A stretch of 46,825 bases of DNA from Rickettsiales bacterium (lineage in GTDB: Bacteria > Pseudomonadota > Alphaproteobacteria > Rickettsiales > JABIRX01): positions 1 to 46,825 of the forward strand of contig JABJMA010000002.1 of the NCBI GenBank assembly GCA_018659605.1. Reading direction: 5' to 3'. Each line of letters starts with the position of its first letter. Position 1 is the first letter of the stretch. Of this stretch, positions 11,604 to 21,728 are shown piece by piece. Under the pieces are notes generated by a model. That model was not told the origin of the DNA. It saw only the letters and a list, made by a program, of their open reading frames with translations, and ran no database searches. The position numbers and the translations under genes are program-made.

Positions 11604-12205
11604 TGTTAAAATCTAATAAAATCCTTCGTTATAGCTTCATTCTTTTATCTTTAGTTTTATTCGCCTTTATCGTGATAAAGGCTTATGATGAATATTTGTT
11701 CCAGATTAATAACAGAACCTTAAAGCAAATTACAAATACTTCCTCTCCGTATAAAATCCTACCTGATAAGGCTGTAAATCAGGATGAAGAAGTAGAAAAG
11801 ATTATATCTGATTTTGTAACTGATAACAAATATGACATTAGCTATGTTAAGCCAAAAGCATTAGAAGAAGGCAAAATAAGCCCAAAACAAAGTAATGAAG
11901 AGCAAGATAAAAATATTTTATCTCAAGAGGAAAATATTATAGATATAAAGCCTGATATTGAGCAGAAAAAAGATAATTTATTACAATTAGGAGCCTATAG
12001 TAATAAAGAGAATATATCCATGCATGTAAAAAAAATAACATTAACATTTCCTATTTTAATCAAAGATAAGAAATTCTTTGTAAAAAACACTACCCCATCT
12101 CTATATAAATTATATATTGGTCCGTTTGAAGAGGCCAGTGAGGCAATAGAGTTCTGTTCTACTCTTCGCAAGAACGGAGTGTCATGCTTTTTTATCCAAC
12201 TTTAA
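11600..12205 (+). CDS. SPOR-domain membrane-anchored protein
   Basis: N-terminal TM segment. C-terminal LQLGAY...YKLYIGPF...A..FC..L...GVSCF SPOR pattern. Conserved argS-SPOR-nagZ context. Confidence 0.88.
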   Translation: MMLKSNKILRYSFILLSLVLFAFIVIKAYDEYLFQINNRTLKQITNTSSPYKILPDKAVNQDEEVEKIISDFVTDNKYDISYVKPKALEEGKISPKQSNEEQDKNILSQEENIIDIKPDIEQKKDNLLQLGAYSNKENISMHVKKITLTFPILIKDKKFFVKNTTPSLYKLYIGPFEEASEAIEFCSTLRKNGVSCFFIQL

Positions 12206-12223
12206 GATATTACTTTACTAATT

Positions 12224-13120
12224 ATGCCAACACCTTTTGTAATAGGGATTAAATCATATGATCTAACCATTGAAGAAAAAAATCTTTTATCAGAATTAGA
12301 GCCATTAGGGATAATATTATTTAGTCGCAATATTAACTCTATTGAACAAACTCAAAATCTAATTAAGCAAGCAAGAATTGCTAGTAAAAACCCAGGCCTA
12401 TTAATTCTAATAGATGAAGAAGGAGGGAAAGTTTCGCGTACCAATCATATCTTCTCTGATCAAATACTTGCAGCTAAAATTATTGGAAAATTATACAAAA
12501 CCGATCCGAATGCCGCTTTAAGACTTATAGACGAAACAACAAATCAAATTATTAGAAGATTAAAAATTCTAGATATAAATGTATGCTGCACACCTGTATG
12601 TGACCTTTCTTTTATAGAATCGGATGATGTTATTGGCTCAAGATCATATAGTGATAATCCCGAGATTGTAATAAAGCTCGCACAGAGATGTTGTAAGATA
12701 TTAGCAGCTAGCGATATCCTGCCAATTATAAAACATATTCCCGGACATGGTAGAGCAAACTGTGACTCTCATTTAGAATTACCTATAATAAAAACTAAAG
12801 AAGACCTGTTAATCAAAACAGATTTTGCTATTTTTAAAGCTATGAACCAAATGCCCATGGCAATGACAGCTCACATTATTTATGAAGCTATAGATAAGGA
12901 AAATCCTGTAACAACATCCAAAAAAGCAATTCAATATATAAGGAATAAGATTGGTTTTACCCATATGATAATTAGTGATGATATCTGCATGAAGGCCTTA
13001 AAGGGCACAACAAAAGCAAAAGTCAAAGCAACCTTAGATGCCGGATGTGATTTAGTTCTGCATTGCAACGGAGATATTAAAGAGCTTGAAGATATCTTAG
13101 ATTATCAAAAAAGTCTTTAA
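12224..13120 (+). CDS. nagZ: Beta-N-acetylhexosaminidase (GH3)
   Basis: GIILFSRN, IDEEGGKV, KHIPGHG...DSH, MTAHI, SDDICMKAL. Confidence 0.95.
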   Translation: MPTPFVIGIKSYDLTIEEKNLLSELEPLGIILFSRNINSIEQTQNLIKQARIASKNPGLLILIDEEGGKVSRTNHIFSDQILAAKIIGKLYKTDPNAALRLIDETTNQIIRRLKILDINVCCTPVCDLSFIESDDVIGSRSYSDNPEIVIKLAQRCCKILAASDILPIIKHIPGHGRANCDSHLELPIIKTKEDLLIKTDFAIFKAMNQMPMAMTAHIIYEAIDKENPVTTSKKAIQYIRNKIGFTHMIISDDICMKALKGTTKAKVKATLDAGCDLVLHCNGDIKELEDILDYQKSL

Positions 13121-13167
13121 GACGGAATATTACATATATTTATAATTTTTTTTTGAGAGACAAACAA

Positions 13168-13635
13168 ATGAGTAGAAAAAATGAAGGAACAATACATCAA
13201 AATATAACTTTTGATGATATAGTTAATACTATTATTCATAATGATCAAAATCAGCTAAAGTATTTTCTAGCGCTAGCAACTCCAAAAATACTGAATAACC
13301 AGAATTCTGAAGATGGCTGGAGTTTATTACATATTGCAGTAGATCATGGCAATCTTGAAATTTGTTCTCTTATCCTCAAATCTATAACAGCAAAAGATTT
13401 AATAAATGAAGAAGGCATCGGGGCTATTCATTTAGCTGTATTAAATAAAAACCGAGAGGTTTACTCATTACTAATAGATAATGGCTGCAATGACAAATCC
13501 AGAACAACTAAGAATTTTTATAATGAGGCTAATAAATTAATTCCTAAAAATTCTTCCATTAGTGATATTATGTCAATCACCGATCAGGCATTCTTTACAG
13601 AGGCTATTTCTGGTAAACAAGCTTTGGCTAAGTAA
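13168..13635 (+). CDS. Ankyrin-repeat protein
   Basis: GWSLLHIAVDHGNLEICSLIL and GIGAIHLAVLNKNREVYSLLIDNG ankyrin repeats. ATG at 13168 preferred over TTG at 13153. Confidence 0.85.
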   Translation: MSRKNEGTIHQNITFDDIVNTIIHNDQNQLKYFLALATPKILNNQNSEDGWSLLHIAVDHGNLEICSLILKSITAKDLINEEGIGAIHLAVLNKNREVYSLLIDNGCNDKSRTTKNFYNEANKLIPKNSSISDIMSITDQAFFTEAISGKQALAK

Positions 13636-13786
13636 GTAGTACAAATTGATTATTTATATAAGTTAAGTATCTCTTAACGATCTAATAAGTATAGCGCTGT
13701 TAGGCTAGCTTATTTATACTTGTTTTTACTGCGGAGTTAGTGCAGTATCTACATTCAATAATTTCTTAGATATTTCTTTATTAGTA

Positions 13787-14734
13787 ATGATTGAATTCCT
13801 AGCAAAGTTTTTAGTTAAAAATAGTTTTAAAATAACAATATTTCTTATTTTAACTCCTATCATATGGCAATTTAAACCAATAATATATTCAAGCATTATA
13901 GGCTTATATAATACGGTGCCATCTTTTAATAAAACCTATGATACACTTATTTCCTTACGTACACCATTTTCACCGGAGCAAAACATCTCTCCAAAAGAAG
14001 AATTAATAAACGAGCTAATACCTACAAATCTATACCAAGAATACCCTCCTGAGATTATTCAAAACCTTAAAAGCTCAATTATTGCCTTAATAAAAATTGA
14101 GAAAGAAAGTAGGAATTATATTGCAAAGAAATTTGTAAATAATGCATTACAGAATATAAAAAAATCTGACTATAGCCAAGCTAAAAATGTACTGCTTAGT
14201 AGATATCAAAACTCACTCTCAGATAAAAATAAATCAAAATATATGGTTTATGTAGGCAACTTTGAAGTGTTTGAAGATCCGAATTTTGCTCTTAGCTATT
14301 ATGAAAAAGCCTTTAGCTTCGATAACAAAAACTATAATGCACTGAATAATATTGGTCATATTTTTCGCCTTATGGGCGACTATAATCAAGCCCTAGCCTT
14401 TTATTCTAGACTTGCATCTCTTGCCCAATCTTCTGGCAGGTGGCTATATGTTGCAAATGCAACTTCAAATATAGGCGTAGTTTACCAAAAAATGCAAGAA
14501 TATAGCCTAGCAAAAAAATACTATTTTGAGGCCTTGGAAATCAATAATAAGCTATCAAATGACTTAAGAGCAGCTACTCAATATTACAACCTTGGTACTA
14601 TTTACGAGCTCATGGATAAGATTGAAAAAGCCTGCGATAAATATCGAAAAGCACGCATCATTTTTTATCGTAATTATCGTCAAAATTTGGTAAAAAACTT
14701 AGACGATAAACTCAAAGAAATTGGTTGTCACTAA
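13787..14734 (+). CDS. Membrane-anchored tetratricopeptide-repeat protein
   Basis: N-terminal hydrophobic segment. TPR units ALNNIGHIFRLMGDYNQALAFY, TSNIGVVYQKMQEYSLAKKYY, YYNLGTIYELMDKIEKA. Confidence 0.85.
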   Translation: MIEFLAKFLVKNSFKITIFLILTPIIWQFKPIIYSSIIGLYNTVPSFNKTYDTLISLRTPFSPEQNISPKEELINELIPTNLYQEYPPEIIQNLKSSIIALIKIEKESRNYIAKKFVNNALQNIKKSDYSQAKNVLLSRYQNSLSDKNKSKYMVYVGNFEVFEDPNFALSYYEKAFSFDNKNYNALNNIGHIFRLMGDYNQALAFYSRLASLAQSSGRWLYVANATSNIGVVYQKMQEYSLAKKYYFEALEINNKLSNDLRAATQYYNLGTIYELMDKIEKACDKYRKARIIFYRNYRQNLVKNLDDKLKEIGCH

Positions 14735-14747
14735 CTAGCTGATTTTT

Positions 14748-15842
14748 ATGTTACGCTATATTTCAAAAAGAATATTACTAATCCTTCCAACCTTAATTGG
14801 AATATTATTCATTAATTTTATCATCATTCAGTTTGCTCCCGGAGGGCCAGTTAGCCATGTAATGGCACAACTCAAATATCATAATAGTCAATCGACTAAC
14901 ATGTTGGATACAACAAGCCTTGATCTCAACTCAACTCAGCTTACAAAAGACCATAATTATCTTAAGGATCAAGGTCTTGATAATGAAATAGTTTTAGAGA
15001 TAAAAACACGCTTTGGCTTTGATAAACCTCCTTTAGAGAGGTTCTTATTAATGGTTAAAAATTACTTATCATTTAATTTTGGTGAAAGTTTTTTTAAAGG
15101 TCAGAAAGTTACAGATCTTATTATAGAAAGATTACCTATTTCAATTTCTTTAGGATTATGGTCCACTTTGCTTATATATATAATTTCAATTCCTCTCGGT
15201 ATTAAAAAAGCTGTAGCTAATGGTAGTAAATTTGATTTATATTCAAGTCTCATCATCTTTACATTTTACTCTATCCCGGCCTTCTTATTTGCAATTTTTC
15301 TTATTGTCATATTCGCAAAAGGTGGCTATGTGCCTATATTCCCACTTTCAGGATTAATATCTGATAACTTTACAGAACTAAGTTTTTTCGGTAAAATAAA
15401 AGATTATATCCAGCATCTATTTTTACCAACTCTTGCATTAATAATTGGCGGATTTGCTTCCCTCACTATGTTAACCAAGAATTGCTTTCTTGATGAATTA
15501 TCAAAACAATATGTTTTGACAGCTAAAGCAAAAGGGTTAAACCAAAGTCAGATTCTCTATGGCCATGTTTTTCGTAACAGTATGATTCTTGTTATATCTT
15601 CATTCCCAGAAACATTAATTAAGATTTTATTTACTAGCTCACTGCTTATAGAAATTATTTTTTCATTGGACGGACTTGGGCTACTTGGTTTTGAATCTGC
15701 AATATCACGAGATTATCCTGTTATTTTTGCAACTATTTATATCTATAGCCTAATTGGGCTTGTCTTTAATCTGATCAGTGATATTATTTATGTCGCTATA
15801 GACCCAAGAATTAATTTTTCAGATATTAAAGATGGATTTTAA
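14748..15842 (+). CDS. yejB: Peptide (microcin C-type) ABC transporter permease YejB
   Basis: YISKRILLILPTLIGI, QFAPGGPV, FGFDKPPLERF, TAKAKGL, IFSLDGLGLLGFE, DPRINF. Confidence 0.9.
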   Translation: MLRYISKRILLILPTLIGILFINFIIIQFAPGGPVSHVMAQLKYHNSQSTNMLDTTSLDLNSTQLTKDHNYLKDQGLDNEIVLEIKTRFGFDKPPLERFLLMVKNYLSFNFGESFFKGQKVTDLIIERLPISISLGLWSTLLIYIISIPLGIKKAVANGSKFDLYSSLIIFTFYSIPAFLFAIFLIVIFAKGGYVPIFPLSGLISDNFTELSFFGKIKDYIQHLFLPTLALIIGGFASLTMLTKNCFLDELSKQYVLTAKAKGLNQSQILYGHVFRNSMILVISSFPETLIKILFTSSLLIEIIFSLDGLGLLGFESAISRDYPVIFATIYIYSLIGLVFNLISDIIYVAIDPRINFSDIKDGF

Positions 15843-16170
15843 AAAAATAATGGAAGAAGCTGACAGGCTCAAAAAAGAATTTGAACAAAATCAACAAGAG
15901 TTCAAAACAAAATCTTTTACTTCAAGTTCTGGAGGAGGTCTAGTGTCTGTTAGCATCGGTGGTGATGGTAAGTTTAAAAGTTTAATAGTTGATGAAAGTT
16001 TGAATAGTCCTATGCAAACAAAAGTAAGAGAAGATCTTATCATTGCAGCATTTAATAGCGCAAAAGAGCAATTCGATGTTGAGTCAAAACACTTATTTTC
16101 TCATATCACAAATAATATAGGTGATATGAATGATCTAAAGAATCTATTTAACAACAATAATGGATCCTAA
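15832..16170 (+). CDS. ybaB: YbaB/EbfC nucleoid-associated protein
   Basis: SGGGLVSV...EDLIIAAFNSA. Overlaps the recR start. Confidence 0.9.
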   Translation: MDFKKIMEEADRLKKEFEQNQQEFKTKSFTSSSGGGLVSVSIGGDGKFKSLIVDESLNSPMQTKVREDLIIAAFNSAKEQFDVESKHLFSHITNNIGDMNDLKNLFNNNNGS

Positions 16171-16747
16171 CATAAATGAATTAATTAATTCATTTACTAA
16201 ACTACCTTCAATTGGTAGAAAATCTGCGAGCCGGATCGTACTTGGTTTAATAAAAGATAAAACTTTGATGAGCCTACTCAGCTCTCAATTATCTAATGTT
16301 GCAAGAGATATAAAATATTGTAATAACTGTGGTAATATTTCTTCTGATTCTTTATGTGAGATTTGCATTAACGAAAAGCGCAAAAATAATATATTATGTA
16401 TTATTGAGCAAATAGAAGATTTATGGGCTATTGAGAAATCTGGTTGCTTTAAAGGAGTTTATCATGTGTTAGGCGGAACTTTATCAGCAATGAAAGGTAT
16501 ATCGCCTAAAGATCTAAAAATTAGTAATCTTAATAAAAGAATAGAATCTGAAAATATTACGGAAGTTATTTTAGCAACAAACCCTACTATAGAAGGACAA
16601 ACAACTGCCTTTTATATTACTGATCTTATAGAAAATAAAAACCTTAAAATTACACGACTTGCTCAAGGAGTTCCACTCGGATCTGAGCTAGACTATTTAG
16701 ATGAAGGAACTGTAAAGACAGCCTTTGAATCACGCTTAGACTTTTAA
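16160..16747 (+). CDS. recR: Recombination mediator RecR
   Basis: LPSIGRKSA HhH, CxxC-CxxC Zn finger, YHVLGG, ATNPTIEG, GSELDYLDEGT. Confidence 0.98.
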   Translation: MDPNINELINSFTKLPSIGRKSASRIVLGLIKDKTLMSLLSSQLSNVARDIKYCNNCGNISSDSLCEICINEKRKNNILCIIEQIEDLWAIEKSGCFKGVYHVLGGTLSAMKGISPKDLKISNLNKRIESENITEVILATNPTIEGQTTAFYITDLIENKNLKITRLAQGVPLGSELDYLDEGTVKTAFESRLDF

Positions 16748-16761
16748 TCAACTTTATTCAC

Positions 16762-17412
16762 ATGCTTTGTTTTAATACTCATATTGGTAATACAATACCA
16801 AACCCTAAGAAATTATTTATTTTTATCCATGGATTTTATGCAAATGGTCAAGATTTGCTTAGCTTATACCCATATCTAGAAGATAATTTAGAAAGTACAT
16901 TATTTATAGCGCCAGATGCACCCAATATTAACATAGCAATGGATCAATCTTTTTATTGGTATAATGTTGGTAGCCTAAATCCTGAATATTTAATGCAAGA
17001 ACTTCAAACAATAACTCCTCAGTTTGACCGATATATCAGCGAGTTAAAAGCTAAATACAAACTAGAAAATAAAGATATTTACTTATATGGCTTTTCTCAA
17101 GGAGCCTTATTGATATTACATTATGGCTTATCCCAAGCAGAAGGCTTTGCTGGGTTAATTGCACATTCTGGAGGCATGATTCCTGCAGCATTCCAGGATC
17201 AAACTTGCAACGACTCCAATATATGCCTGATTCATGGAGAAGACGATATGGTAATACCTTGTGAAACTTCCCAAAAAGCTTCAAGCTTTTTAGATGAACA
17301 GAATATTCCAAATACATTACATATCATCAAAAATCTAGATCACTCTATCAACCCTCTTTCAATTAGTTTAACCAAGCAATTTATTGATAGTACATTGACT
17401 CATTCAAAATGA
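16762..17412 (+). CDS. Alpha/beta hydrolase, phospholipase/carboxylesterase family
   Basis: IHGFYANG, GFSQGA nucleophile, IHGEDDMVIP, terminal His (DHSI). Confidence 0.92.
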   Translation: MLCFNTHIGNTIPNPKKLFIFIHGFYANGQDLLSLYPYLEDNLESTLFIAPDAPNINIAMDQSFYWYNVGSLNPEYLMQELQTITPQFDRYISELKAKYKLENKDIYLYGFSQGALLILHYGLSQAEGFAGLIAHSGGMIPAAFQDQTCNDSNICLIHGEDDMVIPCETSQKASSFLDEQNIPNTLHIIKNLDHSINPLSISLTKQFIDSTLTHSK

Positions 17413-17482
17413 ATCAATAATCAGCCTTAAGAGAAAGTCTTTTATACACCATCCCCTAACTAATTAGAAAAGTATTAAAACA

Positions 17483-18892
17483 ATGAGAAGAATTAGCACT
17501 ATAGGCAACTTAAATAAGCTTGCTGAAGACACTATAAAGCCGGAAATAACTGTAGATTATTCTAAATATAAAGAAGTATACTCTATAAGATTGATAGAGG
17601 TTTTTGGCTGTTGTTTAGAAGATATTGAAAAAGTAATAGCTGCTAGACCTACTGAAGTAGTATCTCAAATATTAGAATCTTTTTCATCACTTTTTACTTC
17701 ATCTATTCAATGTTCTAGCAAAGTAAAGTTACTAAGCTTAGGTGTAATAGTTAATTTATTAGAACAAACTTACCCTCAGATTTTTCAAGCAACAGAGATT
17801 GAAGCAAAAGCTGACATCTCCTCTTTTAATGCAACAGGAATATCTTATTTGCAAAAAATACCACGAATTATTTTTATTTGTTCTAAGCTAAATAATATCT
17901 ATAAAAATCAGCATCTAGAAGAGCTAAGGCAAAGACTATTTAATAATATTATTGAGCATATAATTTTACCAGATAAAACCAAAGAAGTCTTATTGTTATA
18001 CTTCAATGCCCCTAGTAATTCATTAGGAATGAGTATCGATCAATTACCAACGACACGCCTGTTAGACACATTAATATTTGGAGGCACTTATCCTGTCATT
18101 GATCATTTAAAATATTTCAAACATTTAAGACACGGAGATAGCATCGTATTTACTCCTCTAGTTGGACTTGATGAAGCAGGTGTCTTTTATACATCACAAC
18201 CAACTGATATAAATTCCAGAGGATTGCTTAATTACTTTGATTTTTTACCCGAGAAAACTCATATTATTGCTATTTCAGCTAATCGAATAAATCTTTGTGA
18301 AGATAAAATTATTGAGCAGACAAAATTAGAGTTAGACCGAAGATCATTGATTGAAATCAAATTTGCAATTTCACAATTAACTCAAGTAAAAAATATCATC
18401 GACAGATTTGTAGTCACCAACCGAAAGCTTTTAACAGAACCAGTAATAACTAAAAATAGAATAATGCATGAAGGTAAAATAATAGATTTTTATCAGTTAC
18501 CTCATATTGAAGATTTATTTTATGGACATAAAATTGTTCAAACTCTTATAGCGGAATCATTAATTGCTATTGATGATGATATCAATGAGCAGAAGTATCA
18601 GCATTTGCCAATAATAATAAATTGTGAGAAAGGTAAAAATCGTTCTAAAGCTATTTATGAAGCAATGATTGAGCTGAAATACCCATACAACAATCCGCAA
18701 TTAGCGGAAGTTAGAACTAATGCATTAGAGGCTAGTCTGCCTGAAATAATGACACATTTTACTGCCCATGATCTTGATGAGAATAAATATCTTGGTTATG
18801 ATTACGAAGGTAATAGAATTAATCCCATTGCCAAGATTACGCAAGATTATAAGGCACAGAGCCATGAGGTAAGAGCGTCATTTTATAAATGA
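17483..18892 (+). CDS. Hypothetical protein with C-terminal CX5R (PTP/DSP-like) phosphatase motif
   Basis: 469-aa ORF containing IIINCEKGKNRS, matching the P-loop C-X5-R-S. Confidence 0.6.
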   Translation: MRRISTIGNLNKLAEDTIKPEITVDYSKYKEVYSIRLIEVFGCCLEDIEKVIAARPTEVVSQILESFSSLFTSSIQCSSKVKLLSLGVIVNLLEQTYPQIFQATEIEAKADISSFNATGISYLQKIPRIIFICSKLNNIYKNQHLEELRQRLFNNIIEHIILPDKTKEVLLLYFNAPSNSLGMSIDQLPTTRLLDTLIFGGTYPVIDHLKYFKHLRHGDSIVFTPLVGLDEAGVFYTSQPTDINSRGLLNYFDFLPEKTHIIAISANRINLCEDKIIEQTKLELDRRSLIEIKFAISQLTQVKNIIDRFVVTNRKLLTEPVITKNRIMHEGKIIDFYQLPHIEDLFYGHKIVQTLIAESLIAIDDDINEQKYQHLPIIINCEKGKNRSKAIYEAMIELKYPYNNPQLAEVRTNALEASLPEIMTHFTAHDLDENKYLGYDYEGNRINPIAKITQDYKAQSHEVRASFYK

Positions 18893-18915
18893 CAAAACTA
18901 AAATCCGCAGGTTGG

Positions 18916-19353
18916 TTAAGAATATAATTCCTGTGCTCTTACCATAAATGCGCTCATCATTTTTTTATAAGCTAAATCAAAAAACATTCTAAGTATACCG
19001 TCGATAAATGGGTTTCGTAATTCACATTCAATAGTAAAATCTATTAATGTTCCTGCCTCCTGATTTTGCAAATGCCAGATATTAAGTAAATTTTTAAAAG
19101 GACCCTTTTTCTGCTTCACATTTATTTGACAAAACTCTGATGTTTGTTCTACAGATATTTCAGAAATATAACTATATGAAAATGCTTTAAAGTTAATTGT
19201 TAGCTCGGCTTCTATAAGCTTATCACTAGAAGATAATACCGTACCCCTATTGCACCATGGTAAAAATTCGGGATATTTCTCAATATCCATAATAAGATCA
19301 TAAAGCTGATCTTTTGAATATGGAGAAAAAACTTGTTCCTTGTGGCGATTCAT
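18916..19353 (-). CDS. ratA: RatA/PasT/Coq10 START-domain protein
   Basis: DIEKYPEFLPWC, GPFKNLLNIW, MMSAFMVRAQELY. Confidence 0.9.
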   Translation of the reverse strand: MNRHKEQVFSPYSKDQLYDLIMDIEKYPEFLPWCNRGTVLSSSDKLIEAELTINFKAFSYSYISEISVEQTSEFCQINVKQKKGPFKNLLNIWHLQNQEAGTLIDFTIECELRNPFIDGILRMFFDLAYKKMMSAFMVRAQELYS

Positions 19354-19387
19354 TTTAATCTATTCCTAAAATAATTTTTAATATCTA

Positions 19388-21256
19388 ATGACTTATAAAT
19401 TCCAATCAAAAGATGATTATATTCAAAAATCTCAGCTAGCGAAAACCAGCCTTGGAGATTTTTGGAGTATAATAGCTGACCAATATAGCTGGCAAAAAAA
19501 ATGGGATCAAGTTTATTCATGTGATTATCAAAATGCCAATTTTAAATGGTTTAGAAACGCTAAATTAAACATCACTGAAAATTGCCTAGACCGACATCTT
19601 CAAACAAATGCAGATAAAACGGCAATTATTTTTGAACATAATGATATAAATAAACCTTCTGAAAAAATTACCTATAAGGAGCTTTACGAACGCGTTAACC
19701 AATATGCAAATCTATATAAAAAATATGGCCTAAAAAAAGGTGATAGGATTTGCATTTATATGCCCATGATGATCGAAAGTGTTGCGGCCTGTCTTGCTTG
19801 CGCTAAAATTGGTGCTATTCATTCCGTTGTTTTTGCTGGTTTTTCAGCAAAATCATTAGAGTCTAGAATTAAAGATTGTGAGGCTAAATTAGTTATTACT
19901 AGCGATTATACTTATAGGGGTGCTAAGAAAATTAATTTAATTGATATAGTTAGAGAAGCCACAAAACAAACAGAATCAATTGAGAATATCTTTATTTTTG
20001 CAAGAGAAGAAAGTCAAACTAAAGATAAACGTGAATTAATAATTAATGATGAAATAGATCAATCAGCCAGAACAGCCGAGATAGAAATAATGGATAGTGA
20101 AGATCCGTTATTTATTTTATATACTTCAGGATCAACTGGAAAACCTAAAGGCGTCGTACATAGCTGCGCAGGTTATATGACCTATGCTGGCTATAGCTTC
20201 GTGAATGTTTTTGATTACCAAGATGAAGATATATTTTTCTGCACTGCTGATATTGGTTGGATAACTGGTCATAGTTACATGATGTATGGACCATTACTTG
20301 CCGGATCAACTATCGTTATGTTTGAAGGTATACCAACTTATCCAGAAGCTGATAGATTCTGGCAAATCATTGAAAAGCATAATGTAACAACTTTTTATAC
20401 AGCTCCAACCGCAATTAGAATGTTAATGAAATTTGGATCTGATATTCCTAACAAATATCAAATGGAATCTCTGAGAGTAATTGGGTCAGTTGGTGAGCCA
20501 ATTAATGAAGAAGCATGGAAATGGTTTTACGAAAATGTAGGAAAAACCAAATGTAATCTTGTAGATACTTGGTGGCAAACTGAAACAGGCGGCATTATGA
20601 TTTCAAATCTAGCAGCATTTGATAATTCAAAAGCTAGTTTTGCTGGAACACCATTACCAGGCATTTTCCCTACTCTTATTAGTGAAGAAGGAAATGAAGT
20701 AAAAAATGCTAATCAGTCTGGTTATTTATGCATTTCAACTCCATGGCCATCAATGATAAGATCAATCTGGGGTGATCATACTCGCTGTATTGGAACTTAC
20801 TTTAATCAATTTCCTGGCAATTACCTTTGTGGTGATGGTGCTCTTTTTGACGATAGTGGAAATTTTAGAATTATCGGCAGAATTGATGATGTAATAAATA
20901 GCTCAGGTCATAGAATTGGAACAGCTGAAATTGAAAATGCTATTAATATGCATCCCAGCGTAACTGAATCAGCAGTAATTGGATATCCTCACTCAATTAA
21001 GGGCGAAGCAATAAAAGCCTATGTAATTGCTAAAAATACGAATATCAAAGAAGAAATTAATGCAATTATCAAAGAGCAAATTGGTAGTATTGCTAAACCA
21101 GAAGAAATCTGTTTTGTTGCTGACCTCCCCAAAACTAGATCAGGTAAAATAATGAGACGAATTTTAAAGAAAATATCTGCTAATAATAATGATTTAGGCG
21201 ATATATCAACTTTAGTAAATCCAGAGATTATTGCAAAACTTCGAGATATTTCTTAA
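19388..21256 (+). CDS. acs: Acetate--CoA ligase
   Basis: LYTSGSTGKPKG, CTADIGWITGHSY, SVGEPIN, DTWWQTETGG, LPKTRSGKIMRR. Confidence 0.97.
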   Translation: MTYKFQSKDDYIQKSQLAKTSLGDFWSIIADQYSWQKKWDQVYSCDYQNANFKWFRNAKLNITENCLDRHLQTNADKTAIIFEHNDINKPSEKITYKELYERVNQYANLYKKYGLKKGDRICIYMPMMIESVAACLACAKIGAIHSVVFAGFSAKSLESRIKDCEAKLVITSDYTYRGAKKINLIDIVREATKQTESIENIFIFAREESQTKDKRELIINDEIDQSARTAEIEIMDSEDPLFILYTSGSTGKPKGVVHSCAGYMTYAGYSFVNVFDYQDEDIFFCTADIGWITGHSYMMYGPLLAGSTIVMFEGIPTYPEADRFWQIIEKHNVTTFYTAPTAIRMLMKFGSDIPNKYQMESLRVIGSVGEPINEEAWKWFYENVGKTKCNLVDTWWQTETGGIMISNLAAFDNSKASFAGTPLPGIFPTLISEEGNEVKNANQSGYLCISTPWPSMIRSIWGDHTRCIGTYFNQFPGNYLCGDGALFDDSGNFRIIGRIDDVINSSGHRIGTAEIENAINMHPSVTESAVIGYPHSIKGEAIKAYVIAKNTNIKEEINAIIKEQIGSIAKPEEICFVADLPKTRSGKIMRRILKKISANNNDLGDISTLVNPEIIAKLRDIS

Positions 21257-21529
21257 AATTTATATTTAAAATATTCTGCTATTTTGCATGATGTTATACA
21301 ATAAATTAATATTCAATTTATTAGCTAAGTAATATAGCAATATAGAATATGGAGATATATTATCCAAAATAGGTTACGTCATTATAAAAACCACCGGAGG
21401 AAATAGGTGAGATAATTTTACAAATCGATAAAAATAAAAAAGAAACTCACAAGATATTTATAAGATGAAAATAGGCAAAATATAAAAAAGAACATTCAGT
21501 ATTAAAAAACAAAGAAACTAACTAAGTTA

Positions 21530-21727
21530 GTGGCAAATATTACATCAGTATCTATCGACACTTATCAGATAGAGCCTAAGAGGATGGGACTAAGAACTAA
21601 GAAAATAATTATTTTATATCCAGGAATGCCAGTTGATGTTTTTATCATTACTTGTGAGCGATCATTACTAAATTATATTTTTGCACCTATTTTTGAAAGT
21701 AGTTACAAAGCATTCCGTGAAGAATAA
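21530..21727 (+). pseudogene. C-terminal fragment of an HlyD-family type I secretion adaptor
   Basis: LYPGMPVDVFIITCERSLLNYIFAPIFESSYKAFREE matches the HlyD/AprE/PrtE C-terminal signature (L.PGMP..V.I.TGERT.L.YL..P......AFRE). The upstream part is missing. Confidence 0.8.
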
Positions 21728-21728
21728 A

